Assembly: GCF_030144855.1 (NCBI RefSeq)
Contig: NC_082712.1
Span: 65,286,001-65,350,000 of the forward strand
Direction of reading: 5' to 3'
DNA: 64,000 nt
From: Hypanus sabinus
Lineage: Eukaryota
Under the pieces are notes generated by a model. That model did not search any database. It was not told the DNA's origin and was given only the letters and a program-made list of their open reading frames with translations. The translations under genes and the position numbers were made by a program. Positions 60,850-64,000 of the stretch are shown here, piece after piece. Each line of letters opens with the position of its first letter. Positions within the stretch are counted from its first letter, which is position 1.

Positions 60850-62130
60850 TTAAGGGAAAATTTTGCCTGATGAACCTGTTGGAATTCTTTGAGGAGATTA
60901 CATGTAGGATAGATAAAGGGGATGTAGTGGAAGTTGTATATTTGGGCTTTCAGAAAGCCTTTGATAAGGTTCCACATGTGAAGCTGCTTACCAAGTTAAG
61001 AGCCCATGGAATTACAGGAATGTTGCTGACATGGTTAGAGCTTTAGCTGATTGGTAGGAGGCAGCAAGTGGGAATAAAAGGATCCTTTTCTGGTTGGTTG
61101 CCAGTGACTAGTGGTGTTCTCCAGGGGTTGGTGTTGAGACCACTTCTTTTTATGCTGTATATCAATGATTTAGATGATGGAATAGATGGCTTTATGCCAA
61201 GTTTGAAGATGATACGAAGATTGATGGAACAATGTTGAGAAAACAGGTAGACTGCAAAAGGACTTGGACAGATTAGGAGAATGGGCAACAAAGTGGTAGA
61301 TGAAATACAATGTTGGAAAATGCACGCTCATGCACTTTGGTAGTAGAAATAAATTTGCAGACGATTTTCTAAATGAGGAGAAAATCCAGGAATCTGAGAT
61401 TCAGAGGGACTTGGGCATCCTTGTGCAGAACATCCTAAAGGTTAACTTGCAGGTAGAGTGGGTAATGAGGAAGACAAATGCCATGTTAGCATTCCTTTCA
61501 AGAGGTCTAGAATAGAAGAGCAGAGATGTGATGCTGAGGCTTTATAAGGCACTGATGAGGCCTCACCTTGAGTATTGTGAACAGTTTAGGGCTCCTCGTC
61601 TGAGAAGACATATGCTGGCATGAGAGAGGGCTCAGAGGAGGTTCGTAAGGATGACTCCAGGAATGAAAGGGTTATCATATGAGGAACATTTGATGGTTCT
61701 AGGTCTGTCCTCGCTGGAATTTAGAAGTATCATGGGGAATCTCATTGAAAACCTTTTGAATGTTGAAAGGACTAGACAGAGCAGATGTGGAAAGGATGTT
61801 TTCCATGGTGTGGGAATCTAGAACAAGAGGGCACAGACTCAGGATAGAAGAGCGTCCATTTAAAACAAAGATTGGGAAAAATTTCTTTAGCCAGAGCGTG
61901 GTAAATTTGTGGAATATGTTACCACAAGCAGCAAAAAAGGGCCAGGTCATTGGGTGTGTTTAAAGCAGAGCTTGATAGGTTCTTCATTAGACACAGCATC
62001 AAAGGTTACAGGGAGAGGGGCCGGGGAGTGGGGTTGAGGAGGGGAGAAATGATTCAGCCATGACTGAATGGCAGTGCAGACTCATTGGGCCAAATGGCCA
62101 AATTCTACTCCTTTGTCTTACGGTCTTAAA
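60850..62130 (+). mobile_element. CR1 LINE RT and 3' fragment
   Basis: CLMNLLEFFEE, MKYNVGKCTLMHFG and FFSQSVVNLWNMLP. Confidence 0.9.
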
Positions 62131-63119
62131 ACACTCTGGTGCCAGCTGCACATCCTATGCCATCAATCTGAGTGCAACACCATTTTCTGCCCTTAACAAT
62201 ACAAACGGGAGCTTCAGACTGCAATGGCCAGCCATTGTAGACCAATTCCAGTAGAACTGGAAGCACCTCACACTACATTGTTGCTTTTACTATTAGCTGA
62301 GGACACACTGCTGGCATTGAGAGACTTGTTTGCAAAGCCCACAGTGTATGCTGAAAAAAAACAGGGATTATTGTCTTTCACAGCTGTTTAATTGTTGCTT
62401 CACTGGTTAGATTGCTGATAGCATTTCATTACTGGAGGCACAGTATGATAATGACCAGCCACCAGTATTGGGGGAACTCAAGGCAGCCAACAAAGATATG
62501 TCATCTGTGAAGAGCAGAATAAGTAATCATAGAGATTCCATCATGGTATCGTACCTGAGCCTCTCTGATCAACAGAGCTTTCCCTGGGTCAGGCTTACCT
62601 AGGCTGGAATCATTGAGTGATATGGCAAGTTCTCTGCCCATTACACAATGCAGGTCAAAGTAACAATGCAGTTTGCCCTCAGCACTGCCTCAGAGACATC
62701 ATCTAGCCTCAGGTTTCCCAGGGAAAATAATTATCTACTTTAGAGTTAGTGCCCACCAGGTAACATCTAAAGCATTGGGTTCTGCCTGCATTGCAGAGGG
62801 CAATCAGCCACTCTCTGCACTCATATGCCTACAAGGACGCACTCTTAAAAACAACAGACGTCTCCTCAACAGGAAAAGTTTCGACATTTTCATTATGGTT
62901 GTGGACCACAAGAAGAGCTTCCTAATGGTAATGATGTAAGATCTTGACGTGAAACATCAACGGGCCACTTCACTCCATAAATGCTGCATGATCCATTGAG
63001 TTCCTCCAGCTCCTTTGTATGATGCTCCTGGTGTCCAGTAACTGCAGTTTCTTAATGGGAAATACTTGTTTCAAGCAAATGCTCACCATTTATTTATTTA
63101 TCTATCTGTCTATCTATCT

Positions 63120-63350
63120 ATTTTATTTTATTTAACCTTAGCCTAATCACAGGACAATTTTCAATAGCCAATTAACCTATTAACCAGTATGTCTTTGGAC
63201 TGTGGGAGGAAACTAGAGAACCCGGAGGAAACCAATGCAATCATGGGAAAAATGTACAAACTCCTAACAGACGGCACCAGAATTGAACCCCAAACTCCAG
63301 AAAGCCCCAAGTTGTAATAACATCACACTAACCATTACGCCACCATGGCG
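63120..63350 (-). mobile_element. tRNA-derived SINE
   Basis: Minus strand: A-box tggcgtaatgg, B-box ggttcaattc, body, simple-repeat tail. Confidence 0.75.
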
Positions 63351-63919
63351 CTCTTTCATTCTCTTGGAGAACAAGCTATCAGACATTTTTGGGGACCAAC
63401 AATGCTCTCTCTGACCACTGCAGCTGTGCATAGATAAAGTGAGAGTAATGCAAACCACCAGAGCCATGGTGGAAGATGCAGTTATTTCCCGATTCTCCAG
63501 ACTGTACAGTCTCTGAGAGACACCCTACAGTACGCACAGTTACTACAGATTCTCCATCCTTGTGTGCTGTCTGCTGCACAACCCAGCAACCAGTGCGTGG
63601 GTCATAGAGTTGGTGGAGTACAGGGTCAGAGGTCATGAGAGTGAGAGGTTGAGTGATGTGCTAAACTGAGTGATATCCTACTGGGAATTGTGCCAGCTCA
63701 GTCTTAGCACATTTTACTTTGTGTGAAGCATCTCTTCAGAGTTTTATTGATCTCTTAGGCCAGTTGTGTAATCCTTTCAGAATATGGCCTTTAATTCTAA
63801 ATGTTATGGCGATTTAGTGTGGCAAAAATGGATAAAATTCAGTTTTTAATCCCATATTTATTGATTTGCTGCTTCCTTCTCCATACAAAAAAGAATGGCT
63901 GTAGCTTATATTGAAAACT

Positions 63920-64000
63920 ACCATCTATAAATTTGCTGACGATACAACGGTTGTTGGTAGACTCTCAGATGGTGACGAGAGGGCATACAGGAGTGAAATA
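63920..64000 (+). mobile_element. Rex1/Babar RT fragment running off the window
   Basis: IYKFADDTTVVGRLSDGDERAYRSEI. Confidence 0.8.

Noticed and set aside
63120-63350. tRNA gene
   Set aside because: A and B boxes are present but there is no cloverleaf, and it continues into a SINE body found elsewhere in the window.

Overview
This is repeat-rich vertebrate genomic DNA, not prokaryotic. The repeat mix (CR1/HER1 LINEs, Rex1/Babar LINEs, HE1-like and Deu-domain SINEs, Penelope remnants) points to a cartilaginous fish, probably a ray; this is inferred from recalled repeat families. The only host coding sequence I can support is a 189-nt exon at 58612-58800 (+) of a phospholipid phosphatase-related gene, closest to PLPPR1. 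The rest is intronic or upstream DNA filled with decayed mobile elements: a near-complete CR1 ORF2, a full-length but dead CsRn1-clade Gypsy element with both LTRs, an internally deleted Chapaev3 DNA transposon with TIRs and a TTA target-site duplication (TSD), a solo LTR, Penelope fragments, several minisatellites and one assembly gap. Four observations stand out. (1) The splice acceptor of the PLPPR1-like exon itself reads ATG-CTG-TAC-TTT-CAG (MLYFQ) in frame, the N-terminal motif of the paralogue PLPPR5, with a TATA-like box upstream. (2) About 10 short Penelope-derived inserts carry degenerate minimal hammerhead-ribozyme motifs, some as TSD-flanked, partly inverted mini-elements. (3) The two Gypsy LTRs show one-sided CpG decay. 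(4) A local inverted duplication spans the assembly gap. No databases were searched; family calls rest on recalled motifs.
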